A stretch of DNA of 64,000 nt from Auanema rhodensis. Its lineage: Eukaryota > Animalia > Nematoda. The notes under the pieces are model-generated. The model searched no databases, was not told the origin of the DNA, and saw only the letters and a program-made list of their open reading frames with translations. Shown here one piece after another: positions 29,524 through 43,019 of this stretch (positions are counted from its first letter, which is position 1; every line of letters starts with the position of its first letter). The position numbers and the translations under genes are program-made. Location of the stretch: NCBI GenBank assembly GCA_964057225.1, contig OZ059894.1:8866001-8930000 (forward strand). Reading direction: 5' to 3'.

Positions 29524-30734
29524 TCCATCAAACCAATAGAAAAGTGATGATAATAATACTTGATCACATTTAACATAATAAGATTGAATATAATAAATAT
29601 ATATATGTACGTATTTTATATAATCTAACTTTAAAGTTTCATCTAGAAACATTTTCGAAGATAACTTGAATAAGTCTCTTTTTTAAAACCTTGTTTATCC
29701 GTACTTTTTTTATACATTGCATAGAGAATCTTTGGAGATCAATCCTTTAGATTTCGGGACATAAATCAAGTTAAAATCAGCTGTGGTGAAGTTGGTTGTT
29801 CTGGATTTGCGTGATTTATTATTGTATTTTTCTGCACAGTACAGCTTCTCATATTTGGATAATTATTTCAAACTTTTATAATATGAAATATCTTACGATG
29901 CTTTGTGTAAAACATAATAAGTATACAGATGGTTTCTAATTTATATATTCATGTTCAATATTGAACAATTATTTGTGGCAGACGCTTAAAATAGATGATA
30001 AACAAAATTGATTTGTAATAACAGATCGAAATATCCGGAAACAACTGATTGTAGGTGAATTCTATCTTTCTTGTCTAAAGAAAAATAGGTGAATCAATAC
30101 GAACACTTATATGAAAGATTCTAGAAAAAAGTGATGATTCAAATTTCGACACGTATAACTAACAAGCAGCAAATCTTCATAATTGTAGAAAAAAATTATT
30201 TTTCTTTTTGATAGACTATGGGGCATTCATCGAAGTGGCACAATAGAACTTAGAAGTGAGTACATACTTCAATCTAGATGTAATTTGTAAATCAGTTGCA
30301 GCTGAAACATAGTGACAGCTATATCAATACAATATGAGATTTTATATGGTATTTTACATAGTGTTAAATATAAATATGTTAAATAATGTTTTTTTTTAAT
30401 AAATTTTGTTAATTGGCTACAGTCATTGGGGGGGGGGGGCAATTAACAATTAAAGGTCCAATTACAGTGAGCCGGATAATTAGAGCTAAGCCTAATTAAA
30501 GAGTCCTCCGACGAAAAGCTCCGATTGTGAAATGATGCTCTTTATTCAAATCTGAATCAGTTTCTGCTTTTTGAGTAAGCAGTTGTTTTTTTTATCCTAA
30601 AACTATTTAATTGATTTTTTACTTAATTGCTTTAATTGGGTCAATTAAAAATCAATAATTTTATATTTTTTTCTGATTTTTTTAGCAGTTTTGCTCATAT
30701 CTCCTCATCTCTTTTGAAGTCATAGCCAAACTAA

Positions 30735-33700
30735 ATGGGGAAAAAGGTAAAAAGTGTATAAAGTTGCCAATGTAATTCACTTTTTAAAAAATTTAAGAAT
30801 CGACGGCAGAACCAGAATCAATGGGCTGATGATGAACCAGCAGAGCCTGAACAAGTAGCAGAGGTATTCCGAAAAAGAAACAACAAATATAGTCTCATTA
30901 TTAATAGGTATCCTTCAGTCCTAAAACATCGGGAAAAAAGGGCAAAAGGGGGAAAAAAGGAAAGAATCTTACCCATAATGGTTTTTCTACTGGTGCTTTC
31001 GGGGTCTTGGGTGGAGGAGATGAAGATGACAGCATGTGCCAAGTAGATCAAAATTGTTCAGACATGCAAAACTGTGCTCAGGTTTTACTGAATTAGTATA
31101 GTAGTAGCAAGCAGAGTTTTAGGAAAAATTTGAAGAAGATAATTCGTACAAATCTGTTCAGGGGGAGATGCAATATGAGGTCACACCAATCAGCTGGATA
31201 TAACGCAAAGTTTTTTTTAGGCAGCTGGTCAGGATATTGGTTTCACAAACGAGGAATATGAAAACGTGCAAGGAACACAAGATTCCCACGTCGAAAATGG
31301 ATTTGGATCCCAGCATAATGGCTTCGGTGGATCCCAGCATAATGGCTTCGGTGGATCCCAACAGAATGGCTTCGGTGGATCCCGACAGGATGGCTTCGAT
31401 GGATCCCGACAGGATGGTTTTGGTGGATCCCGACAGGATGGTTTTGGTGGATCCCGACAGGATGGTTTTGGTGGATCCCGACAGAATAGTATTAGTGGAT
31501 CCCGACAGAATAGTATTAGTGGATCCCGACAGAATAGTATTAGTGGATCCCGACAGAATGGCTTCGGATCCAATCAAAATGGTTTTGGTGGATCACAACA
31601 GAATGGTTTCGGTGGATCACAACAGAATGGTTCCGGTGGATCCCAGCATAATGGATTTGGTGGATCCCGACAGAATGGATTTGGTGGATCCCGACAGAAT
31701 GACTTTGGTGGATCTCAACAGAATAGTTTTGGTGGATCTCAACAAAATGGTTTTGGTGGATCTCAACAGAATGGTTTTGGTGGATCTCAACAGAATGGTT
31801 TTGGTGGATCTCAACAGAATGGTTTTGGGTCCAATCAAAATTGTCTCGATGGATCACAACAAAATGGCTTTGGATCCAATCAAAATTGTCTCGATGGATC
31901 ACAACAGAATGGTTTCGGTGGATCCCAACATAATGGTTTCGGTGGATCCCAACATAATGGATTTGGTGGATCCCAACATAATGGATTCGGTGGATCCAGA
32001 CAGAATGACTTCGGTGGATCTCAACAGAATGACTTTGGTGGATCTCAACAGAATGGATTTGGTGGATCCCGACAGAATGGCTTTGGATCCAATCAAAATG
32101 GTTTCGATGGATCACAACAGAATGGTTTCGGTGGATCACAACAGAATGACTTTGGATCCCAATGTGATGAATTTGGGTCTCAGCAAAACGGCTTCCAATC
32201 TCGACAAAGTGTTCATGGATCCCAACACAACTGTTTCGAATCTCAGGAAAATGAACTTGATTCCCAGCAGAGAAATGGTTTTGGCTCTCAACAAAGTGGA
32301 GTAAACTCGCACCACAGCGCATTCGGCTCTCAGCACAGCAGACTTAATACTCAGCAAAGTGGTTTTGGATCTTATTCAAATGGTTTTGATGATCAGCAAA
32401 ATGGTATATTTTATATATGTTTTATTTGTGCATTTCTTATTCATCTTATAAACATGCAGGATTTGACTCGCATAGAGAAGATTCGAATTCTCAAATAGAT
32501 AGATTTCCTTCATATCAAAATGGATTGGAAAATCAACATGGTACGAAACCTTCATATTCTTCTGTTTACAGTTTAGTTACAGATGGAGAGCAAAACTATG
32601 AAGATAATTATCAGAGTGAGTTAGGATCTCAATTATCCATAAGAAGTTCTGCATCACGGTGTAACGTAAGGAATTGTGTTCTGAGCAGTATTTATATCAT
32701 TACTGGTTATAGGAGAATGAAAATTACGATCGGCAATCTTATTCGGGCTCTCAAGCTTTGCTAGATGTGATTTTTTTTTCTTCTTCAAACTGTTTTTTAA
32801 TGAATAAAATGTTTAGACTGCTCATCAAGTATCGAGAGGAAACTCGAGAAATCGTTTACCTAGCCACAGTAATTATGATGATCAGTATCTACATCCCGAG
32901 GACAATCGCTCAAGAAGATCATCCATTTCAGTATCCAGTAGAATGTCTGGCGTACGTAGAGAAGTAAGCAGAATACAATAAATCTTTAGAAGATTTTTTT
33001 AAATAGAAACATGATGAAAGATACGGTACATTTGTTACTACCAGAAGTCGACAACCAAGCATTAGTAGCTATCAGGTAATATTCTTTGAATTTGCATATT
33101 TATTGGCACTGTTCAGGGTGAACATTTTGATACTGCCTCAAAATATAGCAGCAACAATGATAGTGCGGAAGCTCCGTCATATCAGCAAAATGTGGATCAA
33201 TTCAATCAAGTTAGGCATGCTGTACATGATTCTCTATTTGATTATGTTTAGATGGTTGGAAATCAACGTAAAAGCAAGTATGGAAGCTGTCAGTTTAATA
33301 CAGGATACGCTTTTTTGCAACCCACTACGAGGAGTCATAGTAAGTCTGTCCACACGTTGAATGCGAACGGAGATTTCAATAAGGTTAATTGTATATTTTA
33401 TCATGAAAGCAAATTGTTATTTTTTCATAGAACTCCGAAAACATGTGTGAAAATAGTTCCCACAACACTTACCGTTCGAACAGTCATATATTTGCCACAG
33501 ATTGTGAGGAAGGTGAAGGAATGGATGGTTTCTCTGAAAACCAGGTAAAATAGGAGAGTGTTTCCATCTCTATAAAAATATTTTAGGTTCCTATACGATC
33601 CATGATGAACGATGAAAAGTGCACAAATCATAGACTAAGCAAGGTACTTACAGAATTCATTTGGTTCTGATACATATTTTTTAAAGCTATCCATAAATAC

Positions 33701-36700
33701 GAATGCTGACGAATTTGTTCTTGTTGGTGGCCAACCTCCTCCAGGCGTGGTAGATGGGCGGTCAAGCTGTCCAGCTGGAAGAAGTCGTCGTTCAAGAAAA
33801 ATGATGAGGTCCACAGACTTTTTGGCTGATCATGAGGAGATGATGGGAGGATCAATCAGATCTACTAGTGCTATGAGTCGTCAGGTTCATTTTCGTCTGT
33901 AATAATTACTTATTTTTTGTACAGTCCTTAAGATCAACTACTGAACATGAGCTTATGAGTATGGGAATTGAAGAAGAAACTCAAGTAAGTTCCCTAGATA
34001 TGATAGTATTAGTGTTATATCACCATTAAGGAAAATTGTAAAGGCAGTCCTGACTATGTTGATACTTTAAGCAACACTGAGCAAGGAGTACGAACTGGTT
34101 CTAATCAGAGTGTTGAGAATTTTGTGGTGAGTTGTCAATGTCTTAATTGATTTTTCGTTTTAAAGACAGCTAATGAGCATTTCGAAAACAACTATTATTC
34201 ATCGGTTACTGGGGTACTTCATGTAAATCTAGGATCAACGGACCTAATATAGCTATCAATTTCAGAAAGCTAATACTGTTAATGGGGAGCAGGAGATTGA
34301 TGTACCATTGAATTCTGATAACAATGAGTTTTTCCAAGATAACACTCAGTTTAATTTGGTTTGTTGTTTTTACTTTATTTTTAGTTATACTCAATATAGG
34401 CTACCTCTGGGAGATCTGCTTCTGTTTCGAGATCTAGTTTGGTATTTATAATCTGTCTTTAAAGCTTTGAAAACTTTTTCTCAGGCATCGAATGCTTCAA
34501 AATCAACAAAATCATTTAACATCAGACAAGATTCTAAAACTAGTCTTGTATGGTTTAAGCTTTACTTCATGAAATAAACAACTTGTTAAGGCTTCCGAAG
34601 CAGCGATGAATGTGAACGATATCAGCAATAATATTGTGAAGTCTCGAACAGCTTCTCGAGCCAGCATGGTATCAAAATTATACCATCGTTGTAAATTGTT
34701 GTTTTCAGTCTGGTATCGATTCTGTTCAGCTCGGATCAGTTGGAAGCGAATTAAAATTACACGTTAGTCTATTTAATAATTAATTTTAGTTCCCGAAATC
34801 GAATTTAGGGTGAGGATGTGCATATACCATTCAATTCTGAGATAAACCATCAGCCAGTTCGGAGTAGATTGAATTCTGAAGTAATTGTTTTCTATAATCA
34901 TATTTTCATTGGGAGTTTTTCAGAGTTCTGAAATTCATATTCCATTCAATTCCGAGTTAAACCAACAATCAGTTCGGAGCAGACTGAATTCTGAAGTAAG
35001 AAGGCTTCTAGAATTATTTTTTTATGGGGACTCTTTCAGAGTTCTGAAATCCATATTCCATACAATTCTGAGATAAACCATCAGCCAGTTCGGAGTAGAT
35101 TGAATTCTGAAGTGAGAATGTTTCGAGATTTTTATTTCATTTACAGTTTTCCAGAGTTCTGAAGTCCATATCCCGTTTAATTCTGAGTTAAACCATCAAT
35201 CAGTTCGGAGCAGACTGAATTCTGAAGTAAGAAGGTTTCTAGTAAGAATGCGGTACTTTTTTTTCAGAATACCGAAGTTCACATTCCTTTGAACTCTGAG
35301 TTATACCAAGAGTCAACTCAAAGCAACTTGAACTGTGATGTTAGTGCATTCATCAATATATTGTTATTAGCGATATTCTAGAACGAAGATGTTTGTATCC
35401 CAGCCAATTATGAATTCAATCAGAAATCCATTCGGAGTAGAACAAATTCCTATGTAAGTTTTCACTTACAATTATTAACTATGTAATTCTATCAAGAGTG
35501 AAAATAATAAAATTCCGTCCCGAACTGAAAGCAGATGTTCAAGTCATCAAAATGTAAATTTTAACATCCTTTCGAATTCAAAGTGTGATTACAATTTGTT
35601 TTTCAGGATCAATTGATTCCTTCAAATGAACCTAACTTTGATATGCGTGGATCTTCACGTCAAAGCTTGGCAAGTTATATATTCAACTTATTGGCTGCAT
35701 AGCTGTGAAATATATACGAATCTTATTGTAATGATCTTTTTTTATAAATGGAATATTTAGACTCGAAATATGTCAGAAAATGAAAAATTATGCGAAAAAG
35801 CTACTTCTCAAGCTAGTCTCGTGAGTTTCTATATTTTCCAGTTTCATATCTTAGTTATCACTTCTAGGTACCGTCAAATATTGGAAGATCGTCACACGAT
35901 GTTCAGGTAGTTGAGTATAGTTTTTGTTCTTTCCTTATTGCTTCTTAGGGTTCACGTTTATCGTTGAGTCAACGCAGTCGTTCCGCATCACAATACAGCA
36001 TGGTTATTGTTCTAGATTTCTTGAAAATAATAAAATATTTTCTAGGGATCACGCATGTCTGAACGGGCGGAACCGTTTAAGGCAGACTCTTCACGTAGCA
36101 TTGTATGATTCAATTCTTTTTAATTGCACTAATTTTATTTCTAGAATTTGGAAAAAGATGCTCTAGAGAATGCTTCAAGTAGTCACATTAATGAAGAGTT
36201 TCGATTACGATCCAATATTGGTTCAACCTCTAGCATTGTAAGGTTTTATATTTTTCACTAAGCAATAGCTTTTTCAGAAATCAAAAATGTCGTCAAGTAT
36301 TGATCACTTTACCCCAAGCAGAGCATCATCTAAGTTAAGTATTGTAAGATTTACTATAATCAGATGTTTGCTACGAAATATTTTCAGAATTCTAAGAATG
36401 GTGATATTGTAAACGAAGATGAATTTGTTCGCAGTCAAGCTCCATCAGCCATAAGCATGGTATATAAATGCTTGTTATCGCTTTTTAAATGAATAATTGC
36501 AGGATGACAGGGAACTGTCTCGATCAAATTATTTACAGAAACAGAACTCTGGTTACAACTTACAATATGTAGGTTATAATAGTAGGCCACATATGATTTG
36601 TTATTTTAAGAGCTCAGTTGATAGAATCGATACTGTTGAACCAAATAATCGAAGCAGATCCGTTTCTGCTTTCAGCCATGTTCCTATACAATGCGTAATG

Positions 36701-39700
36701 AATTTTTTATATTTCTTATTTAGAATTCAAGAGATGATGTTTTTATTCCGAATGAATGTGCTCAGCACCGTAGTCGTTCTTCGTCTGAAACAAGCTTAGA
36801 AAACAGAAAGGAAGACCAGGTACCTCCTGTACCAAGAAGTAGAACAACTTCCTATGCCAGTCTGGTAGTTAGATAAATACTTTTTATTTAGAATGTGTTT
36901 ATAATTTCAGAAATCGGGTATTAGCAGAGAATCGTTGGGTCAGAGAGCAAGATCTCAAGCTAACATGGTTTTAAACTATCAGCTTTGCTAATATATAATT
37001 GTTATCTATTTTCAGCAAGATGAGCATTTCCAACAGTCTTTATCGCATCATAGTAGACCAACTTCTCAAGCCAGTTCGGTATTAACATTTCATCTACGAA
37101 TCTGCATAATTTGTTTATTCAGAAATCATTTTCTCGTGGATCCCAGCAGAGTCGAACACACTCACACGTCAGTCTTGTACGTTTATCTATATGCTTATTT
37201 AGTAATTTGAACTTGTAGGCTCGTGAGAATGATGAATATTATAATTTAGCACCATCTAAAGTTTTATCCCATTCCGATTTGGTATATATTGTATTGTGTT
37301 TTATATATATATATATATATATTCCATTTTTAGAATAGAACAACGAATTCTCAGCAACAGAGGTCTTTCACAGGCGTTTTGGTTAGTTTGGTCACTTTTG
37401 CGATTTTTAATAATAACTTTAAGAAGAATTCTACTTCATCTCATTCAATGCATAGGTCTGGTATATTGAGTAGGGCTTCTTCTAAATGTAGCGTGGTATG
37501 CTAAAAAGTAATAAAAACTATTTTTTTTTTGCCTGTTTAGAGCTTCTCACAGCAGGGTCTACATAAAGAGTATGTAGATGAAAACGGGAATCCAATCAAT
37601 TATAGAAGTCGCTCATCATCTTTTGCTAGCATGGTTCAGTTTTTAGTTATAATTTGTTTCATTAAGTTTTGTATAGAACAAAGAGAATGGCGATGATACT
37701 GAAGAAAATTTATTAATTGCTGACTATAATAGTAAAATGGAAAGTCATTGGGAATTGGTAGACTTCACTATATATTTTGATATATTAATTAAATTTTCCA
37801 GCCAACGAGTCGTTGTGCTTCTTCTTTGATGGTTGGACCTCAATCGAATATACCTGATATTGTAGTAGTGTCTCCGGAAGATGAAATAATCGTCCAGGAT
37901 AAGGTCTGGTTTTCAAAAATGCTTCTACCATCTATATAATTTGTTTCAGGCTCCTCGCTCTCAACAGTTACGTACTCCTCCTGCTCTTCGAAAAGCCAGG
38001 ATGCGTTCCAAGTCATCTGTAGATGTATTTCTTGAAGTTTTTTCTTTTTGCTATATATTTTTATTTAGATTGGTAGTGCAGGGATTTCGAATTATAATGG
38101 CGATGAAATTCCTCGTCCTATTATTTTTACGGATGCTTTAACTGTGAGTCACATTATTTCATTTTTTTTTGAATTATATATATTCTCGTTAATTAGTGTT
38201 GAAACGTTTTATTTTTTTACGATTTATCATATCGATTTCTTTTTTTCTGCTATTGTGAAATTTTTAGCCACAAGCAATTGCTCCTAAATCCAGAATTCAA
38301 AAAGATAAGTCGGAATCAAAGGTGAGATAAACTTAGCTGTTCATTTTTTGATGGAATAATTTTAGCAATGCTCTGAAATTGCAATTCAAACGGGTGAAAC
38401 TATACGTCTTCGACAGATGGCTGACTTTTCAACTTTTGGTACTACGCTGACGTCTTATATATCTTTAAAAAAAACATTCAGAATCTTCTACTGATGAACA
38501 GCCATCAATTGATCAAATCAATCGTGTTTTTTCAAAAAAAACTACCCAGGTTTTACACACACACACACACACATGGTATTTATACTAGTGGATTTTTAGC
38601 ATCCTGTTGCTCAGGTTCTAACGAATTTCCTCCAACAACAAAATAATTTGAACCAAAGTGCTAACAAATCTAATCATCAAGTTACTGTATTGCATGCTGA
38701 TGATAACGTAAGCTTTCGGTTTATTTTCTTACATCGTAATTCTTTCAGGACGAAACTGATGCTAATCATAATAAGTTCATTCGATCCAATAACGTGAAAG
38801 AGACCTCCAATGATAGCAAAAAACCATGGGACTTGGTAGGTGCTGTGGAAGTCGTTCCTAAGGAAGTTGCTGCTGAAATGAGGGATCAGGTACGAGGAGT
38901 AGGTGGGACCTCGCTGCTTGTATTATGTTGCCAATCACTAGGTGCTTGCTGAATCAAAACTTCCTCAAACTCCAACTAGTTGTCGGATTGCAAAAAGCAA
39001 ATTTGATGAATTCGAAAAGTATTCTAGAGAGGTTTCAGCATTTCAAAACCTTGAAAACGTTCCATATTCTATTTTTTAGGAAAGTTCTTATGATAGTCCA
39101 AATAAGAGAAATACTACAAATCAGTCAAACAGTTGAGTACTTGTTTGAATTATTTGAACAATCATACTTTCAGCATCTAATAATAGTGGATCATACCGTT
39201 GGGTTGTAAGTGATCCTAAAAAAGAAAATAAAGTTCCGGATGTTAAATGGTCAGATGGTCGAAAAAGAGAACCCGGTTATACAGTTCGGTAATCTGTTTC
39301 ATTACTAAATACTGTTTCAAATAATCTACTATAGGCAAAATGTTCGTGCTGGAAAGATCAGGGATTTGGCATCTATGTTTAATGACATGCAACATCAAGC
39401 GAGCAAAGAAGAAGCAATGTTGAAGTTGAAGTCTCTCTCAAATGATGAAAATAATAATGAAGAAATGCAATCAATGTATCATAAAAAAATGATATTAGGT
39501 ATGAATTTATATTCTAAAACTGTATCCTGTTATATTGCAGAAGAACCTGATCATTATCATGGAGATTATCATATCGATGATAATAGAAAAACAGTTACAT
39601 CCGAGAGAAAATATTATCCAATTACATCAACTGTTGATAGACATAGGAACTGCTGGTATTACTCGAATGAGTAAGAAATAAGTAAATCTACTTTGATATG

Positions 39701-42508
39701 GTTGTTCTTCAGTCTTGATGATGCGCTACTTGATGTAAATGACGAATCCGAACGAGGAAGTGTCATTGATCGCCACAGAACATCTACACCGTTAAATGAT
39801 TACATGGATCATGGTAAGGGATTTCATTATATTTTTATAATGTGATGTTTTAAGAGAATATGGCACATCAGTTTAGAAGAATACCATCGATCAGAGCTGA
39901 TGAACCTCCGGTTACTATTACTCGGCATATATCTTCCCCTCACAGAGAAACACAAATGTAACCAACTTCTATGTTTTACTAATAATTTATATTCTACTTC
40001 AGTAGAAGCAACTCTTCCAATATTGATAGAAGTACCAATAGTTTCAATTATGTTTCTAGAGGCAACGTGTCAGCACCGCCTTTGCCATCTAATCAATATG
40101 CTCAAATCAAGAAATATCCAAAGAAAACGTTTGTTTTAAGTTATCTCTATATATGAAGCTGTTTTATTTTATAGTGATGACTACGCTGAAATTTATTATC
40201 CATCTGATTCTACCCATGGAAAGTACTCGATAGATGAGAGAAACAAAGTATATACAGTATTATTTTATTCAAACCTTTTTATTTTTTAGTCTCTGGCTGA
40301 TGGTGACAGACATTCTAGTTTGAGAGAATCTGGGCAATTTCCTACTGACCATCAATTACGTCGACGCACTTCTCGTGGTAGTGAACATCCTTCCATTACT
40401 AATTCACAAAAGTCTCGGTTCGATGACATCATAGAGGAAACTGTTAATGATCACATAGATAATTTATTCCAGTTTGTAGACGTATGTTGAGTAATTGTTA
40501 TTATAACTAATGCTTGTAATTAAGGAACAACCTAAAAATAATAATCCTCCCTCATCAAAATCCTCCTTGCACTACTCAGTAAGCAACAACAGTTTATAGA
40601 GTTCTAGCTTTTTCATTGCAGATAAGTGGTTATCGTGCCATGCAAAAGTCTAATAAGGTACCTCAGGATGAGCCGCCTGTTCGGTTTTCCCCCTCGGTTG
40701 CTCCCCATGTTTCAGAGTTATCCGAGTGCTCAATCTCTCGATTGAGGAAAAAAGTTATATCCTTACTTTGAGTATTTTAAGAACCTTTTTTTAGGATTCA
40801 CTTGGATCAAATAATGGCTTCATGAGTCCACACCGATTTGGCGGTCGACCAGCTGATTTAATCGCATCCACCCCGAAATCCAGTCCAACACATAGACCTC
40901 CACCTGCTTTGGAAGAGTCTTATGTAAGCAGCATTTCTGAGGGTAGCCGTCATGAAGAGAGAATGGGGGAATACAAGCGATTGTTTAATGTAAGTTTAAC
41001 ATATGATAGTTAGGTTTTACCAGTATACTTTAAGAAATTGGTTCACCAAATCGAAGTTTGCAAAGAACAAATTGACATGACGCATAAAGTTCTTCTTAAA
41101 GCTCGGAAGGAGAAAAAACCTATGCAGGAAGTAAGAAAGACATTGTTTCTAAGTTTACAAATTTAATATAGCTCACAGCTCAAAGAAGTAATTTGATCAC
41201 TACTCAAAAAATTATGCTACTTCGTCGAGAACTACAGCATGTTCAAGGAATTCTACAGGTTAAATTAAAATATGAATATGTTATGACACATTTTGATTAT
41301 AGTTGAAAAAACAGCCTCCCCAATTGAATCATGATTTACGAGGATCCATGTCCATCTCTAATATCACTCTATTTTTAAATAGAGGCATCTCTCAGCGTAT
41401 TGGTGATAGTATGTTGAATTGAATCGAATTGAAATATTTGTAATTTGGTTTTTTATCAGATTCATCGTTTGCGTTTGTTGTTGTTCTCAAATCAGGATGT
41501 GAGCTAGAGGCAACAGCACCTGTAACTTTGCTATTCAATTATCATAATAGTCTGAAGCTTCATTTCGCTGAAAAGATTAGTTTTTATAATCTTCCAATAG
41601 ATTTCAGCGTTGAACTTGAGGTTTATGTTATGGTAGGTTGAGATCATCTATTCAGATCAAAGTATATTTTAAAGGTGTTGCCCGAGATGAAGAATGATGA
41701 AAATTCTTGCGCAACTACAATTGCGAATAAGTGCAGGAATTTACTAGGACCAGGTAATAAAAAAAATAATTTTATTAAAATGAGGGATATTTCTAGGTCG
41801 CAAAAATCATTCAAACACTGGTTTGCCTGTTGGTGATTTTGTTCGTTGTGGCTATCTTCGTCTTAATAGGTTTTAAATTCAAAGCAACGTAATTAATATT
41901 GAGTTAAGGGACACTACTATTCATGATAAGTTCTATTTGGATGACGCTCAATATCCGTTAGAAGGAACTATTGCTGTTACTTCTTCTTGCACTAGTCTTC
42001 CTCCAGCTATTGAAGTAGACTATAGAGGCTTTTTGGCATGTTCTTTTATATGCTTGAGCAATTTTGATACATGTTTTCAGACAATGTATCAATCAGTAGC
42101 AGGAGGATCTTGGGAGAGATATTGGGCCGCTTTACGCTGTGGATCTATATATTTTTGGAAATATCCTGAAGAAGATACGATGGGAAAAGTGGTCAACTTT
42201 ATTCGTTCTCAATAAATAATTTTCAATTTCAGCCACCCAAAGCTCACTTGCAGCTTCAGTCTTGCACAAAAGATGTGATAGTTCCTTGCACCTTGGATCA
42301 ATGTGCTCGGCCTTACGCGTTTACTATCGAAATTTTGGTTTCTACTGCTCCTTCGGTAATGAACAAGAAGAGGTACGGATATAGACTAACTATAGAGATC
42401 CATTTTTTTTTTTTTTTCAGAATTATATTAGCAGCCGATTCACGTGACCTTATGTGTTCATGGATTGATGCAATTAACGAAATGCTTAGTGTTATTCGCG
42501 AGCATTAA
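30735..42508 (+). CDS. ani-2: Giant anillin (ANI-2-like) with N-terminal FGG repeats and a small-exon-encoded Ser/Arg-rich disordered region, ~80 exons
   Basis: Manual stitching gives one frame from ATG 30735 to TAA 42508 with no internal stop. The C-terminus has a coiled coil, an anillin domain (FYNLPIDFSVELEVY; YPLEGTI) and a PH domain (GSWERYWAALRCGSIYFWKYPEE..IILAADSRDLMCSWIDAINE), most like recalled C. elegans ANI-2. Confidence 0.8.
31296..32200 (+). repeat. Coding 24-bp tandem repeat encoding (Q/R)(Q/H)NGFGGS
   Basis: Unit about CAACAGAATGGTTTTGGTGGATCC/T. About 23 FGG and about 33 FG dipeptides counted across the single exon 31221-32403. Confidence 0.95.
34809..35453 (+). repeat. Six tandemly duplicated 72-nt exons with their introns
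   Basis: Each exon encodes about SSE(I/V)HIPFNSE(I/L)NHQ(P/S)VRSRLNSE and is flanked by AG/GT; copies 5 and 6 are more diverged. Confidence 0.9.
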
Positions 42509-43019
42509 AAACTAATTTAATAATAGTCTCCTCATATTTATGCTCCAACTAACTATCTTTAATTAATATTTTTTGTTGAATTTTCTTTGTTAGTTGTTTT
42601 GATAATAAAACTTTTTGTTAAATGAAAATATTTATAGCTTTTACTTATGTAAGATACAGATTTAAAAATATTTTTTTTTGTAATTTCTTCTTTTTCTACG
42701 TTACTCACAGAACTATTTCATTTCGAGCGCGTGATACAATTTTTCTACATTAGGAACCAGGCAATTATTCAAACGATTAATTCAAAATATTGAATTGATT
42801 AAATAAATAATTGAGGTAAAATTGTTTAAGGAAATCTATTTTAATGAAAACTTTAAATGATTGAACGCCAATGTTGGTGTCGAGTTGCGCTCCACTTGTA
42901 ACGACAATTGGCGTCTAGTCAGCTGATTTTGCGACTGAGCGTGCCTTTATTACCCCAGCTTTTTTTCATGTGATATATATTCACGTTGTATTTTCAGCTT
43001 ATTTTGCATTGGAATATTA

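Noticed and set aside
30428-30439. Poly-G run upstream of the anillin (another near 49933)
   Set aside because: Short homopolymers are common in nematode genomes and there is no evidence of function here.
31158-32357. Several long alternative-frame and antisense ORFs (e.g. VDPDRM.., GIHQIH.., LSGSTK.. repeats)
   Set aside because: They are by-products of a stop-poor 24-bp tandem repeat. Only the FGG frame connects to the flanking splice sites.
34809-35340. Repeat-spacer pattern resembling a CRISPR array
   Set aside because: The repeats are 72-nt coding exons and the spacers are GT-AG introns. The DNA is eukaryotic and there are no cas genes.
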